A stretch of 54,917 bases of DNA from Candidatus Undinarchaeales archaeon. GTDB lineage: Archaea; Undinarchaeota; Undinarchaeia; Undinarchaeales; JALTGF01. Shown piece by piece: positions 18,453 through 26,640 of this stretch; position 1 is the stretch's first letter, and each line of letters begins with the position of its first letter. Below the pieces are notes generated by a model that ran no database searches, was not told where the DNA came from, and worked only from the letters and a program-made list of their open reading frames with translations. The stretch covers positions 1 through 54,917 of the forward strand of contig JAWOEA010000008.1 of assembly GCA_046483005.1 (NCBI GenBank), given 5' to 3'. Position numbers and translations under genes: made by a program.

Positions 18453-18569
18453 TGTTATAGCATTGCATAGATTGGGCCGAAGGCCGCCTTTTGATCAAAC
18501 TTTTGCGCGAAGCGGAAAAGTTTGCGACACGTTTCCTTCTGTGTTGCCCTGACTTTGAATTTTACCATT
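18415..18569 (-). repeat. Composite element E2: perfect 39-bp direct repeats (18415-18453, 18531-18569) flanking a 77-bp two-hairpin insert (18454-18530). Same family as E1
   Basis: Both copies read 'gtttccttctgtgttgccctgactttgaattttaccatt' and cover position -1 to codon 13 of pop5. The insert has the GC hairpin ggcc-gaa-ggcc (18475-18485), the identical core TTTTGATCAAACTTTT (18489-18504) and the hairpin caaactttt...aaaagtttg (18496-18524). Confidence 0.9.
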
Positions 18570-18572
18570 TAA

Positions 18573-19244
18573 TTATATTTTTTTCACTCCTTTTCCAACT
18601 GACTTTCTGCCTTTCCTTTTTCTATTTCTTTCAACTATTTTTTTAGGCGTCTTTAAAACTGCTTTTTTAGCTTCATCCGGTTTGAACCCGATAGATTCTG
18701 CGAAAGCAACAAGCTGTTTTGGGCTCCTCATTCCATACATATCTGAAGCTCCGGAAGTAAATATTAAAGGAGTGTTGTATTTTCTTGCCATCCTCAAATC
18801 AAACTTTATTTTTGAAATTAAATTCGCTCTTTTCATTCCATATGTTGAAAGAATATCTTTTAAATTGATTTCAAGAGCTATATTATTATCAGCGCAGTCT
18901 CTCGCAGCACTTTGATCTACAAAAGCATGTGAAATTATATCTACTCCCTTCATTTCAGGAGCGGCCCGCATTGCCCGATCATCTCTTGAACTTACAAAAA
19001 CAATATCAACCTGGTTTCTGACTTTGTCCAGCTGAGTTTTTATCTTTCCTTTTGTTTTCTTTGTTATTTCAACTGCTGAGATTAAGTCTATATTTGAATA
19101 TTCTTTTTCAAACTTTTCTTTTGCTTTTTCATACCTGCTCTTATTAAAATTATTTTTAAAAACAATACCCAGTCCTTTAACTCCTAAATTAGCTAAACCA
19201 TTTAATTCTCCATTTAAGACTGCTGTATTATGTAAATCGTACAT
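18573..19244 (-). CDS. rnp3: RNase P protein component 3 (Rpp30)
   Basis: 223 aa, N-terminal 'MYDLH'. TIM-barrel-type pattern and superoperon position. Confidence 0.75.
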   Translation of the reverse strand: MYDLHNTAVLNGELNGLANLGVKGLGIVFKNNFNKSRYEKAKEKFEKEYSNIDLISAVEITKKTKGKIKTQLDKVRNQVDIVFVSSRDDRAMRAAPEMKGVDIISHAFVDQSAARDCADNNIALEINLKDILSTYGMKRANLISKIKFDLRMARKYNTPLIFTSGASDMYGMRSPKQLVAFAESIGFKPDEAKKAVLKTPKKIVERNRKRKGRKSVGKGVKKI

Positions 19245-19247
19245 TTT

Positions 19248-19499
19248 TTATCTCCTATGAAGAAAAGTTCCGACGACTGCAAACATTAAAACTGCTCCAA
19301 TTATTAAAGAAGGCAGTGAATATAAACATGCTCCGGTTCCGAAACCTTCCGGCTGAAGAAATGCAGGGCACTGAACTCCGCCGAATCCAGACGACTGCAT
19401 TGGAATATAGATATAACCATAAATTCCATATGCAAGAAAACCTAAAGCAATCAAAATTAAAACTGCTTTAAATCCAGCTCCTCCTTTATTTTCTTCCAT
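19248..19499 (-). CDS. Small membrane protein (2-3 TM), hypothetical
   Basis: Hydrophobic segments 'AVLILIALGFLAYGIYGYIYI' and 'LIIGAVLMFAVVGTF'. Tightly packed between rpl15e and rpp30. Confidence 0.5.
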   Translation of the reverse strand: MEENKGGAGFKAVLILIALGFLAYGIYGYIYIPMQSSGFGGVQCPAFLQPEGFGTGACLYSLPSLIIGAVLMFAVVGTFLHRR

Positions 19500-19526
19500 G
19501 AGAAAGAATTAGTATTGACTATTTAA

Positions 19527-20060
19527 TTACTTTCCTTTCGTTCCTTTTCTGCCTTTTCTGAAGCCTCTAGTTTTCTTTGCAGAACTTGTTTTTCCTCTAT
19601 GGACTCTTCTCTTGTGCTGTTTCTCCGTAATCCAGTTTATATTAGAATCAGCTTTTATCTGAGGATGGTTTGGATCTACCAGAATTATTTCGTAGAACTT
19701 ATATCTTCCATCTTTTCCTACTGGATAAGAATTCAAAATCTCCAGATTTGGATATTTTCTCTGAACTCTTTCCTCTGCAATTGTCTGCAGGTTTTTTCCA
19801 GGAGTGAAATAAATTCCTGCTTTTGAAGGTTTTCTTCCTTTACTTGGTCTAGGTCGTTTCCTTCCTCCTCTTTTTATTCTTGCTCTTACAAGAACAAAAC
19901 CATCTTTTGCTTTATATCCCAAAGCTCTGGCTCTATCAAGCCTTGTAGGCCTCTCAATTCTGTTAAAACGAGGTTCTGCACGCCATTTAATATAGCGTTC
20001 TCTTTGTCTTTCTGTATTTGGCTTTTTCCAAGCCTCTCTTAGATATTTATAAAATCCCAT
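19527..20060 (-). CDS. rpl15e: 50S ribosomal protein L15e
   Basis: '[14 protein letters not shown]', '[19 protein letters not shown]' are canonical L15e. Confidence 0.9.
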   Translation of the reverse strand: MGFYKYLREAWKKPNTERQRERYIKWRAEPRFNRIERPTRLDRARALGYKAKDGFVLVRARIKRGGRKRPRPSKGRKPSKAGIYFTPGKNLQTIAEERVQRKYPNLEILNSYPVGKDGRYKFYEIILVDPNHPQIKADSNINWITEKQHKRRVHRGKTSSAKKTRGFRKGRKGTKGK

Positions 20061-20085
20061 TTTTCATCTCTCCTTTTTAGTTTTA

Positions 20086-20130
20086 GCTCAGGCTTTCGCC
20101 ATCATCACGCGGACGTATCCGCCAGTGGCA
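20086..20130 (-). promoter_or_regulatory. GC-rich structured leader / possible small RNA upstream of rpl15e (UACG hairpin plus K-turn-like GAAA hairpin)
   Basis: The minus strand reads tgccactggcGGAuacgUCCgcgtGAtGGCgaaaGCCtGAgc: GCGGA-UACG-UCCGC, then GGC-GAAA-GCC flanked by GAU/UGA. TATA-like 'tttttaaa' (RC of 20150-20157) lies ~20-27 nt upstream. Confidence 0.35.
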
Positions 20131-20166
20131 TTTAGTATGGAGAAGAGAGTTTAAAAAGGTTTTGAA

Positions 20167-20808
20167 TTACATCCAGCTATCTTCCCAGTCTTGAAATTCT
20201 TCATCGAACTCTTCATTTTCATCTCTGGAATGGTTATCTTTGAAAAGTAAGCCGTATTCATGTCTCAAGTAAACACCAACTGAAATTCCAAGAGCCATTC
20301 CAAACAAGTGAGCTGCCGATGCGATATTGCTTGGAACAAACAATCTCAATAAATCTCCTGCAGCCCAGACAACTGCCGCCATTATCATGGGCATCGGAAC
20401 CATTCCAACGAAAACTTTCATTTTAGGCTTTAAAACTGCGAGAGCTCCGAGAACACCCATAATTGCCCCGCTGGCTCCGAGAGCTGCATCGTAGAAAAAT
20501 GCCGCTCCTACTGATGCAAAAAGCCCGGCTGTAAAAAATAAAATTAAAAATCTCTTTGTTCCGATTAATTTTTCAAGTATGTAGCCGAAAAGGGCCAGAG
20601 CAAACATGTTGTAAAGCAGATGTTCAACCCCGCCATGCAGAAAAATGCTCGTCAGTAAAGTCCAGGGTCTTGAAGAAATTAAAGATGAATTTAAAAGAAA
20701 CATATCAGTAAAACCAGGAACAAAAGATTGAATTCCAAAAACAACAAAACAGATTCCAACGAGCCATAAGCTTGCATGCTGAATGTTTTTTGGTTTTATA
20801 GAAGCCAA
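20167..20808 (-). CDS. Rhomboid family intramembrane serine protease
   Basis: 'LHGGVEHLLYNM', catalytic 'GASGAIMG' and 'AHLFG' on multi-TM background. Confidence 0.85.
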   Translation of the reverse strand: MASIKPKNIQHASLWLVGICFVVFGIQSFVPGFTDMFLLNSSLISSRPWTLLTSIFLHGGVEHLLYNMFALALFGYILEKLIGTKRFLILFFTAGLFASVGAAFFYDAALGASGAIMGVLGALAVLKPKMKVFVGMVPMPMIMAAVVWAAGDLLRLFVPSNIASAAHLFGMALGISVGVYLRHEYGLLFKDNHSRDENEEFDEEFQDWEDSWM

Positions 20809-21377
20809 AGCAGAACACCTACCAGAATCGGTATTGTGAGATTGTCATCTATTTTCAAGGGGAGAGATTCAACAAAAGCTCCAAATAATGCAGTTATAAT
20901 TGCCATGAAATAAGGAAGTTGAGTGAATGCCCCGATAAATGCAAAAATGAAGAATGCAAATGTTCCTTCTGCTGTCTTGTTCCCATTATAAGGCAGTTTT
21001 TTGGTTCCGAACACTTTTCCAACAATGGTTGAGCTTGCATCTCCGAGGACAAGAACAAGCACTGCAACTCGAAATATTTCAAAAGATCTCGTAAATATTA
21101 AAACAGACGTTATGCCAATTAAAAAGAAAACGATACCTTTCAAAAAAAGATTGTCCCTTTCTTCTTTTCTGAGCCAGTCATCCAGAACCTTAATTCCAAG
21201 AAATCTTTTCAGAGGCAGAAAAATAAATGAAATGAATATCCCTGCAATCAGAATGTACAGGAATAGATAATAGGGAATAAAATAAGACATGACTACAAAG
21301 ACAAGTCCTCCGAAATGAAATAACTGCCTCCTTAACTCATTTATTAATTCGCTCATAAACAAGACATAAACAGACAT
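20796..21377 (-). CDS. Polyprenol/dolichol kinase-like membrane protein (CTP-dependent, CTP_transf_1 superfamily). Start trimmed to ATG 21375-21377
   Basis: 'GDASSTIVGKVFGTKKLPYNGNKTAEGT' resembles the dolichol/phytol kinase motif. The long track ORF overlaps the divergent gene and its promoter. Confidence 0.55.
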   Translation of the reverse strand: MSVYVLFMSELINELRRQLFHFGGLVFVVMSYFIPYYLFLYILIAGIFISFIFLPLKRFLGIKVLDDWLRKEERDNLFLKGIVFFLIGITSVLIFTRSFEIFRVAVLVLVLGDASSTIVGKVFGTKKLPYNGNKTAEGTFAFFIFAFIGAFTQLPYFMAIITALFGAFVESLPLKIDDNLTIPILVGVLLWLL

Positions 21378-21429
21378 ATTAAAATAACTTTCCGATAAAT
21401 ATAAAACCACGAGTATTCTATCAAATAAT

Positions 21430-22449
21430 ATGACAAGGCTTGACGAGAAAATAATTGAATTTGTTAAAAACAAGGGACCTTCAACCCCAATAGAAGTTGC
21501 ATCCAAATTTGGAACTAATTCTATTATTGTAACTGCAGTAATGATTGACGCCTGCTCCAACCAGAAGCTTAAAAGAACTAAAAGAAAAGTAGCAGGAAGT
21601 ATGAAGCTTTATTACATACCTGGACAGGAAGAAAAGATGAGAAAACGGATAAGCTCCACGCTTACACCGGAAGATAAAGAGCTTTTAGATAAGTTAATGG
21701 AAGAAAAAGTAATTGGAGAATTCGAGCTTGAACCGGCTGAAAAAGCTATTTTTTCAAATTTAGAGGACCTCATAAATGTTTCTATGCTAAATCACAATGG
21801 AGAAAGTCTGAGAACCTGGCATACTCCTGAAATAGATGAAGAAAAGGCAAAAAACATTGCAGAAGAAAAATTGAAAAGTACAGAAACAGGCGCAGAAAAA
21901 ACAGAAAAAGATATTGAAAAGACTGAAGAGAAAAACGAAGAAAAAGTTGAAGAAACTAAAAATAAATCAGAGGAAGCTGCAGAGGATGAGGAAACAAAAT
22001 CCAAAAAGGACGAAGAAGAGGAAAAACAGGAAAAGAAACCTGAAAATAAAGAAGAAAAAACTTCTGAAGAAAGTAAAAAGGAAAAGAAAGGAGAGCAGAA
22101 GCATCTTGGAGAACTAAAAAGCGAATTCAGGGAAAAGGTTCTCAGATGGTTTGAAAAACGAGAGATTACAGTTGAAAAGGAGAAAACAATTGAAGAAGGA
22201 AAAGAATATGAACTTCAGGCAAAAGTTCCTACGCCATTAGGAAGGCAGAATTACTTTGTGAAGGTTATGGATCTTGGAAAGAGAAAACTTGGAAGAAGCG
22301 TCCTGGAGCCGATTGCAATGGATGCAGTAGGAAAACGAACACCAGTAATAGTTATAAGCAAATCAGGTTTTGCAAAAAATGCAAGAAAATACAGAGATAA
22401 ACAGGTTGACGATCTTGTTAAACTTGTAAGTCAGGACGATTTAGAGTAA
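21430..22449 (+). CDS. Hypothetical protein: N-terminal winged-helix-like domain, E/K-rich linker, conserved-looking C-terminal domain
   Basis: 'EKIIEFVKNKGPSTPIEVASKFG' is wHTH-like. The central ~110 aa are E/K low complexity. The C-terminal ~100 aa are globular. I recognise no family. Confidence 0.45.
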   Translation: MTRLDEKIIEFVKNKGPSTPIEVASKFGTNSIIVTAVMIDACSNQKLKRTKRKVAGSMKLYYIPGQEEKMRKRISSTLTPEDKELLDKLMEEKVIGEFELEPAEKAIFSNLEDLINVSMLNHNGESLRTWHTPEIDEEKAKNIAEEKLKSTETGAEKTEKDIEKTEEKNEEKVEETKNKSEEAAEDEETKSKKDEEEEKQEKKPENKEEKTSEESKKEKKGEQKHLGELKSEFREKVLRWFEKREITVEKEKTIEEGKEYELQAKVPTPLGRQNYFVKVMDLGKRKLGRSVLEPIAMDAVGKRTPVIVISKSGFAKNARKYRDKQVDDLVKLVSQDDLE

Positions 22450-22514
22450 AAAAACAGAAAATTCTCGATAGATAAAGTTAATAAACTAAAATTATAATAA
22501 AGGATTGAGGTTAA

Positions 22515-23123
22515 ATGGGAGAAGAAACTTACGAAGTCGATGAAATAGTAGAAGAACTGGTTGAAAAAGGCAAAGGCGTTAAAGAACTTTTGAGAGAAAT
22601 GAAAAACGTCTCAGAGCTTATGGTAGACCTGGCTTATTCCGCAGTATTGTTCAACAATGACGAACTTGCTGAAGAAGTTAAAGAGCTTGAAGAAGAGATG
22701 AACAAACTCAGATACCAGATTGAAATCAGAACAATGGTTGCAGCCAGAGATCCGGAAGATGCCGGAAAACTTGAAGGAATTCTGAGAATAAGCGCAGCTG
22801 CCGAAAATATATCAAATGCCGCTGAAAATATGGCTGACATTGTTTTAAGGGATATCGGTCTTCATCCAGTTGTAAGAGATGCTTTGAAAGAAGCTGACGA
22901 AATCGTTGACAGAGTAATTGTAAAGAAGAGCTCAAAACTTGCAGAAAAAACAGTTGAAGATTTAAGAAAAAATGCAAAATACGGCATGGATGTAATCAGT
23001 ATTAAGAGAGGCAAAAACTGGATTTTCAAAGTTAAGGACTCGGAAGAGATTAAAGGCGGAGACACTTTGATAGTGTCCGGCTTTAAAGAAAATGTAAGAG
23101 CGCTTCAAAAAACAAAAGAATGA
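22515..23123 (+). CDS. PhoU-like domain + TrkA-C (RCK_C) domain protein
   Basis: PhoU-type helices ('LAYSAVLFNNDELAEEVKELEEEMNKL', 'AENISNAAENMADI'), then 'GKTVEDL...ISIKRG...I..GDTLIVSG', a TrkA_C pattern. Confidence 0.7.
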   Translation: MGEETYEVDEIVEELVEKGKGVKELLREMKNVSELMVDLAYSAVLFNNDELAEEVKELEEEMNKLRYQIEIRTMVAARDPEDAGKLEGILRISAAAENISNAAENMADIVLRDIGLHPVVRDALKEADEIVDRVIVKKSSKLAEKTVEDLRKNAKYGMDVISIKRGKNWIFKVKDSEEIKGGDTLIVSGFKENVRALQKTKE

Positions 23124-23653
23124 AGGCATTTTATGAAGATTTAGAGCTTGAAGTAGATTCCGGAGTATATCCTCCAAGAGAAGATACATTTTTGCTTGCC
23201 GAAAATATTGAAGCTGAAAAAGGTGAAAAGGTTCTTGAAATAGGAGCAGGATGCGGGATGCTTTCCATTTTATGCTCAAAAAAAGGAGCAGACGTGGTTT
23301 CAGTTGACATAAATCCAAAAGCAGTTGAATGTTCAAGAAAAAATGCTGAAAGATATGATTTGGATATTGAATTTAAGAAAAGCAACTTGTTTGAAAAAAT
23401 TGATGAAAAATTTGATTTGATAATTTTTAATCCCCCCTATCTACCAGGAAAAAGAGAATTCAAAGAAGATGAGTCGCTGGTTGATTCCGGCGAAATTAAG
23501 AAGTTTTTGAAAGAGTATAAAAATTATTTGAAACCGGAAGGAAGGGCTCTTTTAATTACAAGCAGTTTAACTGAAGAAAAAGTTGAAGGAGAAATTATAG
23601 CTGAAAAGAAGCTGGATTTTGAGAAACTATTTTTGTATAAATTAGAAGAATAA
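23120..23653 (+). CDS. SAM-dependent methyltransferase, HemK/Mtq2-like (NPPY)
   Basis: 'VLEIGAGCGMLS' SAM motif I and 'IIFNPPYLP' motif IV. Confidence 0.8.
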   Translation: MKAFYEDLELEVDSGVYPPREDTFLLAENIEAEKGEKVLEIGAGCGMLSILCSKKGADVVSVDINPKAVECSRKNAERYDLDIEFKKSNLFEKIDEKFDLIIFNPPYLPGKREFKEDESLVDSGEIKKFLKEYKNYLKPEGRALLITSSLTEEKVEGEIIAEKKLDFEKLFLYKLEE

Positions 23654-24190
23654 GTCTGCTAAAATTTTTGAATACAGTATAATTACTGCAGATATTAAAA
23701 TGAACAGACTGAAAATTGATAAATAATTTAGTAGATTTTCTATTTCAGGTTTGTTTTTATTCTTATACTTCTCAATTAAAAAATAGACAGGAATAAAGAG
23801 GAGCAGGATTAAGGCAGATTTCAACGTAGGCATTTTAAATAGGATATTTTCAGAGAACAAAATCAGACTGAAAGCGGAATAAGTCAGATAAGCAGTTCCC
23901 GCTCCTGCAAGCAATCCAGTAATAAATCTAAGATAGTTCCTGCTTTTCCTTAAATTGAAAAACTGGGTTAAGCCGTCTAAAGCCATTGGAATGAATAAAA
24001 GGAGAACCCAAAAAATCCGAATTCCAGCGGAAAAACCGGAATACAGGAAACTAAACCAGAAAAAGCTGATTAAGAATCCGAGATAAATTCCAAGGCACCT
24101 GGAGCAGATAAATAATGGGTCTTTAGAAAAATAATAGCACCTTTCTGGGATCTGATGGCAGAAGGGTTTGAATATTTTCTTTAAATTCAT
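23642..24190 (-). CDS. DUF2085-family membrane protein
   Basis: 'CHQIPERCY......ICSRCLGIYLG' is the characteristic N-terminal motif, followed by TM helices. Confidence 0.7.
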   Translation of the reverse strand: MNLKKIFKPFCHQIPERCYYFSKDPLFICSRCLGIYLGFLISFFWFSFLYSGFSAGIRIFWVLLLFIPMALDGLTQFFNLRKSRNYLRFITGLLAGAGTAYLTYSAFSLILFSENILFKMPTLKSALILLLFIPVYFLIEKYKNKNKPEIENLLNYLSIFSLFILISAVIILYSKILADLFF

Positions 24191-24202
24191 AGATAAACTT
24201 AA

Positions 24203-25288
24203 ATGCTTTTAAGAATAAATAAATTTGGCATGGTTGAAAGAGAAAAAGTTGAGAAATATCTTGAAAAAAAGTTTGGAAAGATTAAATTAAATAATTTTAA
24301 GGAGCTTGGAAAAGGCGTATACGGGACTGCATATCTCCTGGACTTTGATTTAGAAAACGGAAAAAACAAAAAACTTGTCCTGAAAAACATGAACAGAGGT
24401 GGTTTTGGACATGATTACAAGGCAGATATTGCCCATAACCTGATTTTAGCTCATAATACATTCAACAATTTGAAAAAACACATCAAAAGTTATGATGTCA
24501 TTGCTTCAAATGAAGAACTAAAATCAATTGGAGATGCGGAAGACTACTACATTCTTTTAGAAGAGGCTGAAGGAGAGGAATACAGCAAGGATTTGGACAG
24601 GATTTCTGAAACCGGAAAATTAGAAGAAAAAGACAGGAAAAGAGTAGTTAAACTTGCAGAATACCTCGCAGAAATACATGAAAGGATTGACAAGCCGGAA
24701 TTATATGTAAGGAGAGCCAGAGATTTAGTCGGGCATGGAGAGTATATCATGGGAGTCCTTGACGGCTATCCGGAAAATTCAATTAAATCTGAAAGAAGAG
24801 TTGAAATAGTCTGCAAATGCGTTCATTGGTGGGAAAAATTAAGAAATTATAAAGAAAGACTTTCAGTTATTCACGGAGATTATCACCCATTCAATATAAT
24901 GTTTAAAGGAGAGGATTTTGTTCTTTTGGACAGAAGCAGAGGAGAATATGGAGAGCCTGCAGATGATTTAACAGGTATGCTTGTAAATTATTTATTTTGG
25001 TCTTTAGTGAAATATGGAAAGTTGGATAATGAATTTAAAGAACTTTTTAAATTGTTTCTCAACACTTATCTTGAAAAAACAGAAGATAAAGAAGTTTTGA
25101 AAGTCATACAGCCGTTCTTTACTTTCAGAGCAGTGGTTGTTGCAAATCCGATCTTCTATTCAAATGACTGGTTTAGAAAGAGGGGCGCCGATCCGGATGA
25201 AATCAGAGATAAATTACTGAACCTTGCTGAAAATGTTCTTGATATTGAAAAATTTGAAATTGAAAAGGTGAATGAGTACTTAAAATGA
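24203..25288 (+). CDS. Aminoglycoside-phosphotransferase-like (APH/choline-kinase fold) small-molecule kinase
   Basis: Brenner motif 'VIHGDYHPFNIMF' and 'LLDRSRGEYGEPADDL'. The start may be the internal ATG at 24230. Confidence 0.65.
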   Translation: MLLRINKFGMVEREKVEKYLEKKFGKIKLNNFKELGKGVYGTAYLLDFDLENGKNKKLVLKNMNRGGFGHDYKADIAHNLILAHNTFNNLKKHIKSYDVIASNEELKSIGDAEDYYILLEEAEGEEYSKDLDRISETGKLEEKDRKRVVKLAEYLAEIHERIDKPELYVRRARDLVGHGEYIMGVLDGYPENSIKSERRVEIVCKCVHWWEKLRNYKERLSVIHGDYHPFNIMFKGEDFVLLDRSRGEYGEPADDLTGMLVNYLFWSLVKYGKLDNEFKELFKLFLNTYLEKTEDKEVLKVIQPFFTFRAVVVANPIFYSNDWFRKRGADPDEIRDKLLNLAENVLDIEKFEIEKVNEYLK

Positions 25289-25824
25289 CCTTTTGCATTT
25301 GGATAACCGGACTGCCGGGGAGCGGAAAAAGTACAATAGCAAAAAAAGTTAAAGAACTCTATTCAAAAGAAGTTGAAATTTTAAGACTGGACGAAATTAG
25401 AGATGAAATTAGAAAAGAAATTAAGAATCTTCCTGAAAAATATACTAAAAAAGAAAGGGAGTTGGTTTATTCTAAACTTGCAGAAAAGGCGGAAAAAGAG
25501 TATGAAAAAGGAAAGAACATAATCATAGATGCAACCGCTCATAAAAGGAAATGGAGAGAGTCTGCAAGAAAGAAAATTGGTAATTTTAAGGTAGTTTACA
25601 TCAAATGCCCTTTAGAAACAGCCATGAAAAGAGAATCTAAAAGAAAAGACAATTTAGTGGTCCAGGACCTCTATGAAAAAGCATTATCTGAAGATAAAAC
25701 AGTAAAAGGTCTGCCGGGAGTTGATGTTGAGTACGAAGAACCTATAAATCCTGAACTCATAATAAAATCTGATAAAATCAGCCCTGAAAAGGCTGCAAAA
25801 AGAATAATTGAGATGATAAAATGA
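25285..25824 (+). CDS. Adenylyl-sulfate (APS) kinase-like P-loop kinase
   Basis: 'ITGLPGSGKSTIA' Walker A and 'GLPGVDVEYEEPINPELII', resembling the CysC C-terminal motif. ATGA overlap with the upstream gene. Confidence 0.65.
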   Translation: MTFCIWITGLPGSGKSTIAKKVKELYSKEVEILRLDEIRDEIRKEIKNLPEKYTKKERELVYSKLAEKAEKEYEKGKNIIIDATAHKRKWRESARKKIGNFKVVYIKCPLETAMKRESKRKDNLVVQDLYEKALSEDKTVKGLPGVDVEYEEPINPELIIKSDKISPEKAAKRIIEMIK

Positions 25825-26639
25825 ACTGGGAAAAATTTTGTACAGAAACCGGAAGAGACATGGCTGGAAAGATTACTGAAGTATACGGCACTGATAAAGC
25901 TCATGTTGAACACGGAAGAGGAAAAGGCGGAGACATAACAATTGAAGGCGACAAAGTTTCAGAAGAAATACTTCTTGAACATTTAAAAAAATTAGATCAG
26001 AAAATATACCTCATTTCAGAGGAAGTGGGGCATTTAAAACTAGGTGATTTTGACAAACCGAATGATGCTGATTATACTATTTTAGTAGATCCTTTAGACG
26101 GCTCATTTAATTTCAGGAAAAGGATGGACCACTTTGCTGTTTCAATTGGGGTCCTAGATAAAAATTATGAACCGGTTGCAGGATATGTAAGAGATGTTCC
26201 AAAAGAAATTGAATACTATGCAGAAAAAGGAAAAGGAGCTTTTTCAGACGGCGAGAAAATTGAAACCAGAAAGGATTCAGAGAAGGCGAATATTCTTCTT
26301 GAGGCCTCTCCGAGAGCAAGCAGAGGAGATATTGAATTTTTATCAAAAGCCTTTCTTAATACAAGAAGAGCAAGAGCTTACGGTTCAGTTGCTCTGGACT
26401 TATGCAGGGTTGCAGACGGCACTTTCCATTCCTTCCTGTATGCGGGCTGTTCAAGGTATTTAGATATAACTGCCGGACTGTTTATTGTAAAGGAAGCCGG
26501 AGGAATTGTTACTGACTTTAATGGAAATGAACAGCTTACAAAAGGATATAATTTAATAGCTAAAAATATTTTAGCCAGCGGGAATAAAAAAGTGCATAAC
26601 AAGCTTTTGAAAAACAGACCTCTTTCAAAGAAAAAATAA
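25821..26639 (+). CDS. Inositol monophosphatase family phosphatase (SuhB/CysQ/FBPase-like)
   Basis: 'ISEE', 'LVDPLDGSFNF', 'ALDLCRVADG' are IMPase signatures. ATGA overlap with the upstream kinase. Confidence 0.8.
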   Translation: MNWEKFCTETGRDMAGKITEVYGTDKAHVEHGRGKGGDITIEGDKVSEEILLEHLKKLDQKIYLISEEVGHLKLGDFDKPNDADYTILVDPLDGSFNFRKRMDHFAVSIGVLDKNYEPVAGYVRDVPKEIEYYAEKGKGAFSDGEKIETRKDSEKANILLEASPRASRGDIEFLSKAFLNTRRARAYGSVALDLCRVADGTFHSFLYAGCSRYLDITAGLFIVKEAGGIVTDFNGNEQLTKGYNLIAKNILASGNKKVHNKLLKNRPLSKKK

Positions 26640-26640
26640 A

